A stretch of 64,000 nt of DNA from an uncultured Planctomycetaceae bacterium (lineage in GTDB: Bacteria > Planctomycetota > Phycisphaerae > SM23-33). The stretch lies in the NCBI GenBank assembly GCA_964607575.1, contig CAZSLS010000004.1, positions 22,960 to 86,959 on the forward strand. Reading direction: 5' to 3'. A model generated the notes under the pieces. It did not search any database. It was not told the origin of the DNA and saw only the letters and a list, made by a program, of their open reading frames with translations. Below are positions 51,601-58,413 of the stretch, piece by piece. The number at the start of each line of letters is the position of its first letter. The first letter of the stretch is position 1. The position numbers were made by a program, and so were the translations under genes.

Positions 51601-54600
51601 TGTGGTCTTCTACCGATGCCTTGACCACGAGCGTGTTGGAGGAGCGGTCGGCGCTGATCCGAAGTGCTCCCGCCGTCGTCTTGCCTTTGCCTGTCCCGCC
51701 GCCCGTTGTTAGCGTTGCCGTCAGCGAGGTCGCAACTCCGGCGGCCTCCACGTTCTGGATTCGGTAGACCTTCACCGACAGGGCGTCTGTGGCCTGGGAG
51801 CTGTCTATCTGTTCGATGGTCTTGGCGATAAGTTCGTGTTTTTCCGCGGGCGCTGAGACCAGGACGGTGCGGCTTGTTTCCTGTGCGGTGATGACTATCG
51901 GCATATCACTGGCGGCGCCGCGGGTTGTCCTGCGGGTCGCGCCGCGAGTTGAGCCTCTGGTTCTCGCGGTTCCGGTCGAGCCGGAGGAGACAAATAGTTT
52001 CTGGAGTGTTTGGACAGTCTGCGTTATGTCCGCATGCTTCAGGGGGTACAGGCGAATCGTCGGGATTTTCGTCAGGGCGGCCGACTGGTCGAGTTCTTCG
52101 ATCAGCGTTTCGACGATCTTCATGGTTTCGGGCTGGGCCGACACGATGACGGAATTGGTGTTGCTGTTGGCGGTGACGCTCAGTTCGGTCTGGGTTGACG
52201 CCGGAGCCTGTGCATTGCCCGCCTGCATCGCGGCGCGAATCATTTCAGCACGCTGCTGCTGGGCGGACCTGCCTCTTCCGCCCCTTGACCTGGCGTTTGT
52301 CTGCGATTGCCTGTTACCGCTGGTTGACAGCTTGAACAGCTCTTTAAGGTTTGACGCCACTTCGGTTGCGTTGGTGTTCTTCAGGACGAATACACGAACT
52401 TCGGTCAGGACGGTTGCGTCCTTGTCGAGTTCTTTGACCAGCGGGTCGATTATCTCGAAGTCCATCGGTTTAGCCCGCACGATCAGGCTGGAGGTTCTCT
52501 GGTCGGCAACTACGGTGATAACCGGCGGCGGGATGACGGCGGGAGGCGCTGCGCCCCGTCCTCTCCCGGTATTCCTTGCCGCGGGCTGCTTTGGGGGGTT
52601 GAACAGATTCGACAGCGTCTTGGCGATTACCGTGGGGTTCCCGTGCTTGACTATGTAGGTTCGGAACTCCGCTTCGCCGCCGGTGGTGCTGTCGGAGAGG
52701 CGTTCGATCAGGTCGCTGACGTTCTCGAGTTCGGTTCGAGTGGCCGAGATGATAAGCGCGTTTGCGGCGGCGTCTACCGCGATGACGATCGGGGGCGCCT
52801 CGGCGTCTGCGGGCTGGGTGGTAGCCGCCGGTCGCGTCGTCGGTTCTCCGGGGGCGCCTTTCGGTCCGGGCGCGGCGCCGGTTGGTTTGTCCTTGCTTTC
52901 TGTGATGACGATCTTGGAATCTGACATCTGCCCGTAGACGCGGCGGATGACTTCCGCCATTTTAGCCGCCTGGACGCCCTTGAGCGGGACGACCTGGACT
53001 TGGATGCTGTTATCCATCGCCGCTTCGTCGAGATCCTCGATGACCTTTTCCATCGTCTTGATGTCGGCGTCCTTGCCGATGATGGTGATGGCGTTGGCGA
53101 AGATGTCCGACTCGATCACGGGCTTGTCGGCCCCGCGGCGCTCGGCGTACATTGCGGTGAGTTTGTCGGCTACGTCGGTGGCGATGGCGTTTTCCAGCCA
53201 GATGTACCGGACGATCTTGAGCGAGCGTTCGGGCGCCTTGTCGAGATTATCGAGTATCTGTTCGACCAGCGCGAAGTGCGAGGCGGTCGTCGAAACTATC
53301 AGCGAGTTGGTCCGCTCGTCGGCGGTTATGCTGAACGGCGGGGGGGTTATGTTCCTGTTACCGCGGGCATACTGCCTGATCATGTCCTGGAACAGCTTTC
53401 CGACCGATTTGGCCAGTTCGCTTGCCTCGCCGTTCTTGAGCGGGAATATCTTCACGCTCAGCGCCGAACTGATCCCGCCGGAGTCGAGCTGCATTATCAT
53501 CGCCTTGACCGCGGGGACCTCGGAGGCGGGTCCCCTGATCAGGACGCTGTTGGAGTTGGGTTCGGGCGTGACGGTAACGGTTTCTTCGTTGGTGGTCGGA
53601 GCGGGGAATCTTGACCCGCGCCGGGTAGGACGCCTGCTGGCCGCCTGCTTGGCCAGAGACGCGTTGATCGCCTCGGCCAGTGTTTGGGCCTGTGCGTTCT
53701 TGAGCTTGATGATCTCGATTACGATGTCGGATTCGGGCTTCCTGGCGTCGAATGTTTCGATAAGTTCACCGGCCAGCGCCAGGACCTCCGCGCTGCCCTG
53801 AACGATGACGATGTTCTCCTTCGACATCGCCGAGACGCGCACCGTCGACGATGTCGGCGTCGTGGCGCCCCTCGAACCCCTGCCCCGGCCCCTGCGCGAT
53901 CTGGGCGGGGCGGAACTGCTGGAGAACTGCTGGGTGAGCATGGTTTGCAGCACGGGTACGACGTCGTCGGCCTTGGCGTTCTTGAGGATGAACGACTTGG
54001 TCTGTGATCTGATCGACGCCTTCTCGGCGACCTTCTTGATCAGCTTCTCGATCTCCACGAACTGCTTTGCGGTAGCGGCCACCAGCAGTTGATTTGCCAT
54101 GCTGTCGGCCTGGAAACGCGCTTCGGGCTCGGTGCTCTTGCGCGATCTGTTCTGTTTGGCGAACAGTCTGGTCATCGATTCGGCGATTTCCGCGGCGCTG
54201 GAGTTCGTAAGTTCGTAGGTTCGGGTCTCCACTACTTCGGGCCCCGTACCGGCGTCGAGCGTGGTTATGAGTTGTGCGATTTCTTCGATTGTGTTCTTGG
54301 GCGCGTCCACCAGGACGGCGCGATCGTTAGGCGCGGCGCTTACCACGACGCGGTTTGGATCCTTTGGCTTTTCCGGGGCGGGTGGCATGTAATAGTCGTA
54401 GTAAGACCTTCGCCTGCGCTCGCTCTTCTTTTCGATCGGATAGAGCTGCTGGAGCATTGTGACGATTTCCGCGGCCGAGACGTTCTTGACCGGAAGGAGG
54501 CGCGTTTCGCGAACCTGTTCTTTGATGCTCTCGTCGAGCTTGGCGATTATCTCATTGATCATTTCCCACTTGCTCTCGGGCGCCCGGATCATCAGCGCCC

Positions 54601-57283
54601 CGGTGTGCTCATCTCCGCGGATGAACACGTCGGGCGTCTCGCCGCGCCTCTTTGGCGGGAGCATTTCCTGGAGCATCGTTGCGACTTTGTTTGCGTTGCC
54701 CGATTTGAGGTTGACTATCCTGATCGGGTTGATCTGGGCGGACTTTTCGACGTCGATCGACTTGACCAGCGCTGCGATTGCTTCGTGGTCCTGCGGGCTC
54801 GCCGAGATAACCAGCGCGTTGCTGTCGGTGTTGAATGAGATGGTCACCGGAACGCCCGGGGTGGCGCTGACCTTGGGTACCGACGGCGCCGAGTAGGAGG
54901 AATACCGCGAGTACCTGTACGAAGAGTAGGACGAATAGCTCGGTCTGGACGACTGGCTCCCCGTACCGTAGATTCCCTGCAGAGTGGCCGCGAGATCCTT
55001 GGCGTTTGCATATTTGAGCTTCAGCACGCGCGTTTCGATTTGACCCTTGGTGAGCTGGTCGAGTTTCTTGATCATCTCGTCGAGCATCTTCCATTTCTTC
55101 TCTGATGCCCTTATCAGCAGCGTCCCGGTCTGGTTGTCGCCCTGTATGAATACGTCGGGCGCCTCGCCTTCGCGTTTTGGAGGCAGCATCTTGGAGAGCA
55201 TTCCCGCTACTTTATTGGCGTCGGCGCTCTTGAGGTGGACTATCCGGATCGGATCGACTTCGGCGGCTTTCTCGACGTCGATCGACGTTATCAGTGCGGA
55301 TATGGAGTCGAGGTCTTCGGCGCTGGCGGAGATCACCAGCGAGTTCGACGACGTGTTATACGCGATGCTGACCGGGGTGATACCGGGTGTTTCGTAGCGT
55401 GATGACCTTGTCGACGGATAGAGTGTTTTGAGCGTGTTTGCCAGTTCCCTGGCGTCTGCGAACTTGAGTTTGATTACGCGAGTCGGCGGTACGGCCGACG
55501 AATCGGCGATCTCTGTCAACTTGTCGATCGCCGCTTTGACCTTCTTCCAGTGTGCCGGCGGTACGGAGATCATCAGCGAGTTGGAGGAGTTATCCGCCTC
55601 GACGCGGAAACCGGGTATGCCTGTCGACTGTCCGCTTCTCGCGGCGAAGAGGTTTTCCAGAGCTTTGTCGAGTATTTCGGCGTTTCCGCTCTTGAGCTGT
55701 ATGACGTGAATTTCGTACGCGTCGGCCTCCGGTGCGCGGTCGAGTTCCTTGATGACGCCTGCGGCCGCTTCGACGTCAGTCGGTGAGCCGACGACGATCA
55801 GTGAGTTTGTGCGCCCGTCCGCACTGACCGACAGCGAGCCTCTTAAGACGCCCTTTGCGTCAGGTTTCGATGTTGCCTTGGTAACGATCTCGGCGATTTG
55901 CGACGCGTCGGCCGTCTTCAGCGGGAAGATACGCATCCCGCCGGCGAGAGTCACGCCCTTGTCGAGCTTCTCGATGAGTTTTGCGACTTTGTCGATATCA
56001 TCCGCCGTCCCGGAAACGATAATACGATTTCCGACCTCGTCGGCGACCACCTTGGTGGTGTTCTTGGACGTGGAGGGTATTCGTACCGGTCTGCGGGACG
56101 ATGAGGAGCTTGATGATTTGGGAGTGTAGTAGCGAACCGTCGTACCGAGCAGATCGGTGATCATCTTCGCTACGGTGGCGGCCTTGGCGTTCTTCAGCTC
56201 GAAGACCCGCACTTCGCTTTCGCCGACGCTTTCCTTGGTGTCGAGTTGTTTGAGCATAGCTTCGGCCATTGCGATCTTGTCGGGCATTCCGACGAGGATA
56301 ACCGAGTTGGTTCTCTTGTCGGGATTGACGGTAACCACGTTTTTCGCATCCGCCGGTGTGGGCACGGCGCGACGATATCTTTCGGAGTAGACGGTCTTGG
56401 AGAATATGCCCATGGTTCCGAAAAGTTTGCCCACGATCGTACTGGCTTCGGCGGCCGTCGCATTCTCTAGCACGACGGTATGTATCTCCTGCTTCAACTG
56501 CTGCTCGTCGCCGTCCAGCGCCGACAGCATTTCATTGATTCGGCGGATGTTGGCGAGGTTGTCGGTGATGATGACTCCGCGTCCCCGGGGCATGGGCACG
56601 ATCGACCCGTACGCCGAAACCATTCGCACGACCGATTTGGATGCGGCGTCGGCGTCCAGGTTTTTCAGGGGCAGGAGTACGGTGGCGATTTCACTTCCGC
56701 GGAGCTTGGCGGTTTTGTCCAGCCCGCGGATGATCTTCAGGGGCATCTCCGGGAGTTTGGCAAGCGGGGTCAACTGCATGAACCGCCCGAATTCCATCAG
56801 GCGGAATCCGCGCATCGCCAGGATGATGTTGAGCGTGTCCAGCGCCTCTTCGTAGGTGTAGGGCTCGGCATCCATGAAGGTCAGCTTGCCTTCGACGGCG
56901 ACCTCGCCGATCAGGGGCTTGTTGGCCATCTGGGCGAATCGCTTGACCACGTCGGCGCATGAAACATCGTGATAATTGAAGCGAACCGTATTCGTTGCGG
57001 GCCTTGCGATCTTTATCGCCGGACGGGTGGTCGGCAACTTCGCTGCGACCTTTTCCGCCGGCCGCGTCGTCGGCGCTTTGCCCGCGACCTTTTCTGCCGG
57101 TCGTGTCGTCGGCGCCTTGTCCGCGACCTTTGCTGCCGGTCGTGTCGTCGGCGCCTTGTCCGCGACCTTTGCTGCCGGTCGTGTCGTCGGCGCCTTTTTG
57201 GCGGCCGACGGGGCGGCAAGCAGTGGTAAGGCCGCTACTACGCTCGCGGCGATGATGGCACAAGTTATCTGCAGATATCGCAT
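45623..57283 (-). CDS. gspD: Giant GspD-like secretin (3886 aa): N0 + ~39 secretin N-domains + secretin domain
   Basis: Signal peptide; N0 (VRFNYHDVS..DVVKRFAQMA); repeated 'V+.LKNA.A..+A..L..+F...V.AD.RTNSL+V.A...+..+I..LD' units; C-terminal secretin domain (PQVLIKVLLAEV, LSRPQILTADNQTGEINVGQRVPF, YEDVGILL..TPRIN, GHTIVIGGLI, KVPFLGDLPILGELF, RELLIVLTP). Confidence 0.92.
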   Translation of the reverse strand: MRYLQITCAIIAASVVAALPLLAAPSAAKKAPTTRPAAKVADKAPTTRPAAKVADKAPTTRPAEKVAGKAPTTRPAEKVAAKLPTTRPAIKIARPATNTVRFNYHDVSCADVVKRFAQMANKPLIGEVAVEGKLTFMDAEPYTYEEALDTLNIILAMRGFRLMEFGRFMQLTPLAKLPEMPLKIIRGLDKTAKLRGSEIATVLLPLKNLDADAASKSVVRMVSAYGSIVPMPRGRGVIITDNLANIRRINEMLSALDGDEQQLKQEIHTVVLENATAAEASTIVGKLFGTMGIFSKTVYSERYRRAVPTPADAKNVVTVNPDKRTNSVILVGMPDKIAMAEAMLKQLDTKESVGESEVRVFELKNAKAATVAKMITDLLGTTVRYYTPKSSSSSSSRRPVRIPSTSKNTTKVVADEVGNRIIVSGTADDIDKVAKLIEKLDKGVTLAGGMRIFPLKTADASQIAEIVTKATSKPDAKGVLRGSLSVSADGRTNSLIVVGSPTDVEAAAGVIKELDRAPEADAYEIHVIQLKSGNAEILDKALENLFAARSGQSTGIPGFRVEADNSSNSLMISVPPAHWKKVKAAIDKLTEIADSSAVPPTRVIKLKFADARELANTLKTLYPSTRSSRYETPGITPVSIAYNTSSNSLVISASAEDLDSISALITSIDVEKAAEVDPIRIVHLKSADANKVAGMLSKMLPPKREGEAPDVFIQGDNQTGTLLIRASEKKWKMLDEMIKKLDQLTKGQIETRVLKLKYANAKDLAATLQGIYGTGSQSSRPSYSSYSSYRYSRYSSYSAPSVPKVSATPGVPVTISFNTDSNALVISASPQDHEAIAALVKSIDVEKSAQINPIRIVNLKSGNANKVATMLQEMLPPKRRGETPDVFIRGDEHTGALMIRAPESKWEMINEIIAKLDESIKEQVRETRLLPVKNVSAAEIVTMLQQLYPIEKKSERRRRSYYDYYMPPAPEKPKDPNRVVVSAAPNDRAVLVDAPKNTIEEIAQLITTLDAGTGPEVVETRTYELTNSSAAEIAESMTRLFAKQNRSRKSTEPEARFQADSMANQLLVAATAKQFVEIEKLIKKVAEKASIRSQTKSFILKNAKADDVVPVLQTMLTQQFSSSSAPPRSRRGRGRGSRGATTPTSSTVRVSAMSKENIVIVQGSAEVLALAGELIETFDARKPESDIVIEIIKLKNAQAQTLAEAINASLAKQAASRRPTRRGSRFPAPTTNEETVTVTPEPNSNSVLIRGPASEVPAVKAMIMQLDSGGISSALSVKIFPLKNGEASELAKSVGKLFQDMIRQYARGNRNITPPPFSITADERTNSLIVSTTASHFALVEQILDNLDKAPERSLKIVRYIWLENAIATDVADKLTAMYAERRGADKPVIESDIFANAITIIGKDADIKTMEKVIEDLDEAAMDNSIQVQVVPLKGVQAAKMAEVIRRVYGQMSDSKIVITESKDKPTGAAPGPKGAPGEPTTRPAATTQPADAEAPPIVIAVDAAANALIISATRTELENVSDLIERLSDSTTGGEAEFRTYIVKHGNPTVIAKTLSNLFNPPKQPAARNTGRGRGAAPPAVIPPPVITVVADQRTSSLIVRAKPMDFEIIDPLVKELDKDATVLTEVRVFVLKNTNATEVASNLKELFKLSTSGNRQSQTNARSRGGRGRSAQQQRAEMIRAAMQAGNAQAPASTQTELSVTANSNTNSVIVSAQPETMKIVETLIEELDQSAALTKIPTIRLYPLKHADITQTVQTLQKLFVSSGSTGTARTRGSTRGATRRTTRGAASDMPIVITAQETSRTVLVSAPAEKHELIAKTIEQIDSSQATDALSVKVYRIQNVEAAGVATSLTATLTTGGGTGKGKTTAGALRISADRSSNTLVVKASVEDHKKIALLLKEIDEAPATKYPIQMITLRNADPTKLAEMLTRVFTSQARSSGGSRRRGSRGSSVTPQNVIIEPATGSRMLLVRADEKTFAKIKEMAAQLDATTPQGKSVRTLLTLKHAQASSVAAALSQAFAPQRGVRIEPDDMVNVVAEGNSNSIIVTANPKNLLAVEDLLAKLDTEESGGRKTEFVLLKNAKATELVTVLSKIAAGSGQSSTGGGRGRGRRSPASTSQQVIVSADAGSNAIVMTGPSAELGQLMQMAVQLDQAALKTAQQVFVIPLKNGNASSVASVITNMYKQQVSAARREKRSVEPLAVSADDRANALILATSEVMYAQVSQWVKQVEDMKPSRGTLRVITLEHADAEEVDKAIQQIYNQSGNSGKRGAPGQRGKKAATPATGGQVETTVLPSQKAILVNASDEDFKAIEALVKTLEAAAISSKRTVKAFVLKNANPVRVASALTSAFRSRGRQAKAEDEVTVSAIQQTQTVMVAATKEKMVEVEALIEVLDKVEVAGKLQFKLFPLTNTTPSKILPALKGLISQLQKQAGGQSIDISPDERTRSLIVTTRETLFEQIGEIITRLDKPPAFEKIEVLIIPLKKADATRLADVLTEMLRPSANNVVTPEARALQEQIRILRVRGGLKEQLPELDLTKPIKVSADAATPAAQGSNSLLITSTPDNLKAMKAIVEMLDTVPVGEGVLVRIVRLEKADAETVRSILDDIFNTQGKKLAGPTGTSTVGKVVPKSASGKALTAGLNVSADLRTNTLVIAGLAESLALAEILIKDLDRTADKFVTEVKLFKLKNADAARLLPVLRGVFTEPTDDPAVSGVRTFVTRLQTAAAKKKTVTSDKPKTRAAFTIQADPATNILVVAARKDLMTIISDVITQMDITGAGSLNTVRIFPLINADATRLQTVVQELYSGSNASLIRQEDRPTVTVDTRTNSLIVSASDKTFTMLTNLMQSLDRKTPIDLRDIRLVTLKNAEADTLSSVLQTMMDARVVRQQSLGIKDAEALRVIVVADARSNSLIVGGSAEGFKIVKDLAEQLDDKPAALSGQIQLFPLKEANAGTLTTTLSNLFNERYQAARTDDIRRQKPVILPDLRTNSLLVAANTDDTKVLKSLLKNLDVKLTDPAVKLVVVPMKHNDAGVVGPMIREIFAARLVSMTPSGTTPAPQDRVDVSVDSLTNALVISANKENLTLIEGLLKKVDIEPPMETGIVKLFPLKHADAQRVSTLLSSLITQGLYKPGAIAAGTNAALANREKVAIAVDTRTNVLIVSASKENFAVIAEIIRKVDAEDALTGDIRAFPLKKASATNLADTLNSLYQAKLQAEQASGSSGRSLPTSIIPDTRTNTLLVTGSRESFKSIADMIKQLDTGSGARITEIRVFELKSADAGELATILLETLTTKPKSAIDDPNVRQAMLKFVTQDKDGKLVVAKALQEGLLITPDSRNNTLVVSAPVENMPLLANLIKALDNTAPRAAEIKVFPLKNADAARMGEVLTQLFRLQQTGAADSKSIKYTLKPTTRPAGKNGEVSATLGSAEQSALTVTVDTRTNSLLVGGTKQYVELAGTVIKELDSSPAQERETKIYRLRNAQAADIQTALRSFLDQERQTVSQALGTDGLGAAHKLLEQEVAIVAEETTNTLLLSASPRYFKTISAMIDELDQPLPQVLIKVLLAEVTLTGRSDLGFEWDHSARNGSNGTVRRVGTNFGVAGSFNTSGGFRFSLSGGDIDLFLHALQTEGRLEVLSRPQILTADNQTGEINVGQRVPFITNSRATETGSVFNTIQYEDVGILLQTTPRINPDGDIKLEISAEISSISDSDSVEISEGVSAIVVDNRSATTTVTVRDGHTIVIGGLITSQDNNTERKVPFLGDLPILGELFKTTTVIRQRRELLIVLTPYVQRTTAESDAETRKQVKRKDLLSEKRRQGLLEWLSEQRPYKDLLPLPIKKSALTDGAATELIPLESLGKMPDAGPTTRPAKTNKVINFDKELSSD
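57019..57197. repeat. 39-bp coding tandem repeat (APTTRPAAKVADK, about 5 copies) at the secretin N-terminus
   Basis: The unit GCCGGTCGTGTCGTCGGCGCCTTGTCCGCGACCTTTGCT recurs in tandem. Confidence 0.88.
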
Positions 57284-57312
57284 ATCACAACTCCTGAGCC
57301 TCTCAGGGCTCT

Positions 57313-58413
57313 TTATTTTTCAAAACTCACACTCTGTGGTCTTGTTGTCGGCTTGTGGCTGGTCGGCTCCGTGTCGCCGGCGACGCGAAGTGCCGGTGGC
57401 AGGTCAGGGCCTTTGAGGATGCGTTTGGCGTTAACGTACTGGTTGCCCTCGATCGCCCAGTAGTCCGAGTCGATCCTGACGATCACTCTCGCCGGGCTCA
57501 ACAGTTCGGGCTTGTCCGGATCGGGCAGTTGTCTGTAGTCAACCATGACGATTTTCCACCCCATCAGCTTCTCGCCTTCTTTGTATTTGTGGACCGCGCC
57601 GGTCTTGTCGATTTCATTGACCACCCATATCTCGGGTGCGCCGCGGAACATCGGAAGTCCGCATATCCTGTATCTGGGCTTCGGTCCTGCCGGCGGTTTG
57701 GGCGGATCTGCTTTTCGTACGGGCGGCTTGGCCTTGACGACAACCGGCGGCTTGGGCGGGGCGACGTACTTGATGTAGCGGCGGAAGATGTCTCGCTCCG
57801 GAATAACGTTGTAGCGCTTGCGGCGCTCGGATTTCATATCGATCGCGAGTTTCATGTCGGCCGGACGTGTCTTTGCAAACTGCGGTCCTTTTTTCGCCAC
57901 CAGCGACAGCGCTACGTAGTCGAACTCGACCCTGAACGGTCCGTCCCTTTCTCGCGGCGAGATCGCCAGATTCTCGATCCGATGCAGTACGGTATCCTCT
58001 TCGAGCATGTACAGGAGGTTCAGGATATGCTCCATCTTTCCGCTCTTGACGACGTGCCATGCAGTTTCCCGCAGATCGCCGGAACTCTTGGTATGTCCCG
58101 CATTGACTCCCTTGCCTTCGCTGGTCAGTCCGCTGCGGTCGAGCGCCGCCATCAGGTACCCGAAGGTTGCGGCGCGCACTTCGTCATCGTCCCTTCCAAA
58201 AGTACGAGCGGCGAGATCCTCGAGGTGGTCTTTGTTGCTTTTCAGGGACTTCGCTGTCTTCGCGAGATCGGCGAGGCTCTTCTTCGCTTTGCGAATGCTA
58301 TTATCGAGTGTTCCGGACGGGGACAGGAACAGACCGTTTATGAATGCGCCAAGGACGATAACACATATGATCCCGCCAGTAATTATCGCCAGTATCTTTT
58401 CGCGATTGTTCAT
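57313..58413 (-). CDS. GspM/PilO-like protein with C-terminal GspC-HR/PilP-like beta domain
   Basis: MNNREKILA + TM + coiled coil; PilO-like GKMEHILNLLYMLE...RIENLAISP; Pro-rich linker; beta domain with YKEGEKLMGWKIVMV. Confidence 0.6.
   Translation of the reverse strand: MNNREKILAIITGGIICVIVLGAFINGLFLSPSGTLDNSIRKAKKSLADLAKTAKSLKSNKDHLEDLAARTFGRDDDEVRAATFGYLMAALDRSGLTSEGKGVNAGHTKSSGDLRETAWHVVKSGKMEHILNLLYMLEEDTVLHRIENLAISPRERDGPFRVEFDYVALSLVAKKGPQFAKTRPADMKLAIDMKSERRKRYNVIPERDIFRRYIKYVAPPKPPVVVKAKPPVRKADPPKPPAGPKPRYRICGLPMFRGAPEIWVVNEIDKTGAVHKYKEGEKLMGWKIVMVDYRQLPDPDKPELLSPARVIVRIDSDYWAIEGNQYVNAKRILKGPDLPPALRVAGDTEPTSHKPTTRPQSVSFEK

Noticed and set aside
57019-57197. 39-bp repeats as a CRISPR array or mobile-element end
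   Set aside because: They are a contiguous in-frame coding linker repeat of the secretin.
45623-57283. Secretin length as an assembly artefact from repeat expansion
   Set aside because: The repeats are highly diverged in both protein and DNA, and the frame stays open for 11.6 kb with intact termini. Read mapping would still be the final check.
45855-57416. Many plus-strand ORFs antisense to the secretin
   Set aside because: These are typical GC-rich antisense shadows with no recognisable motifs.
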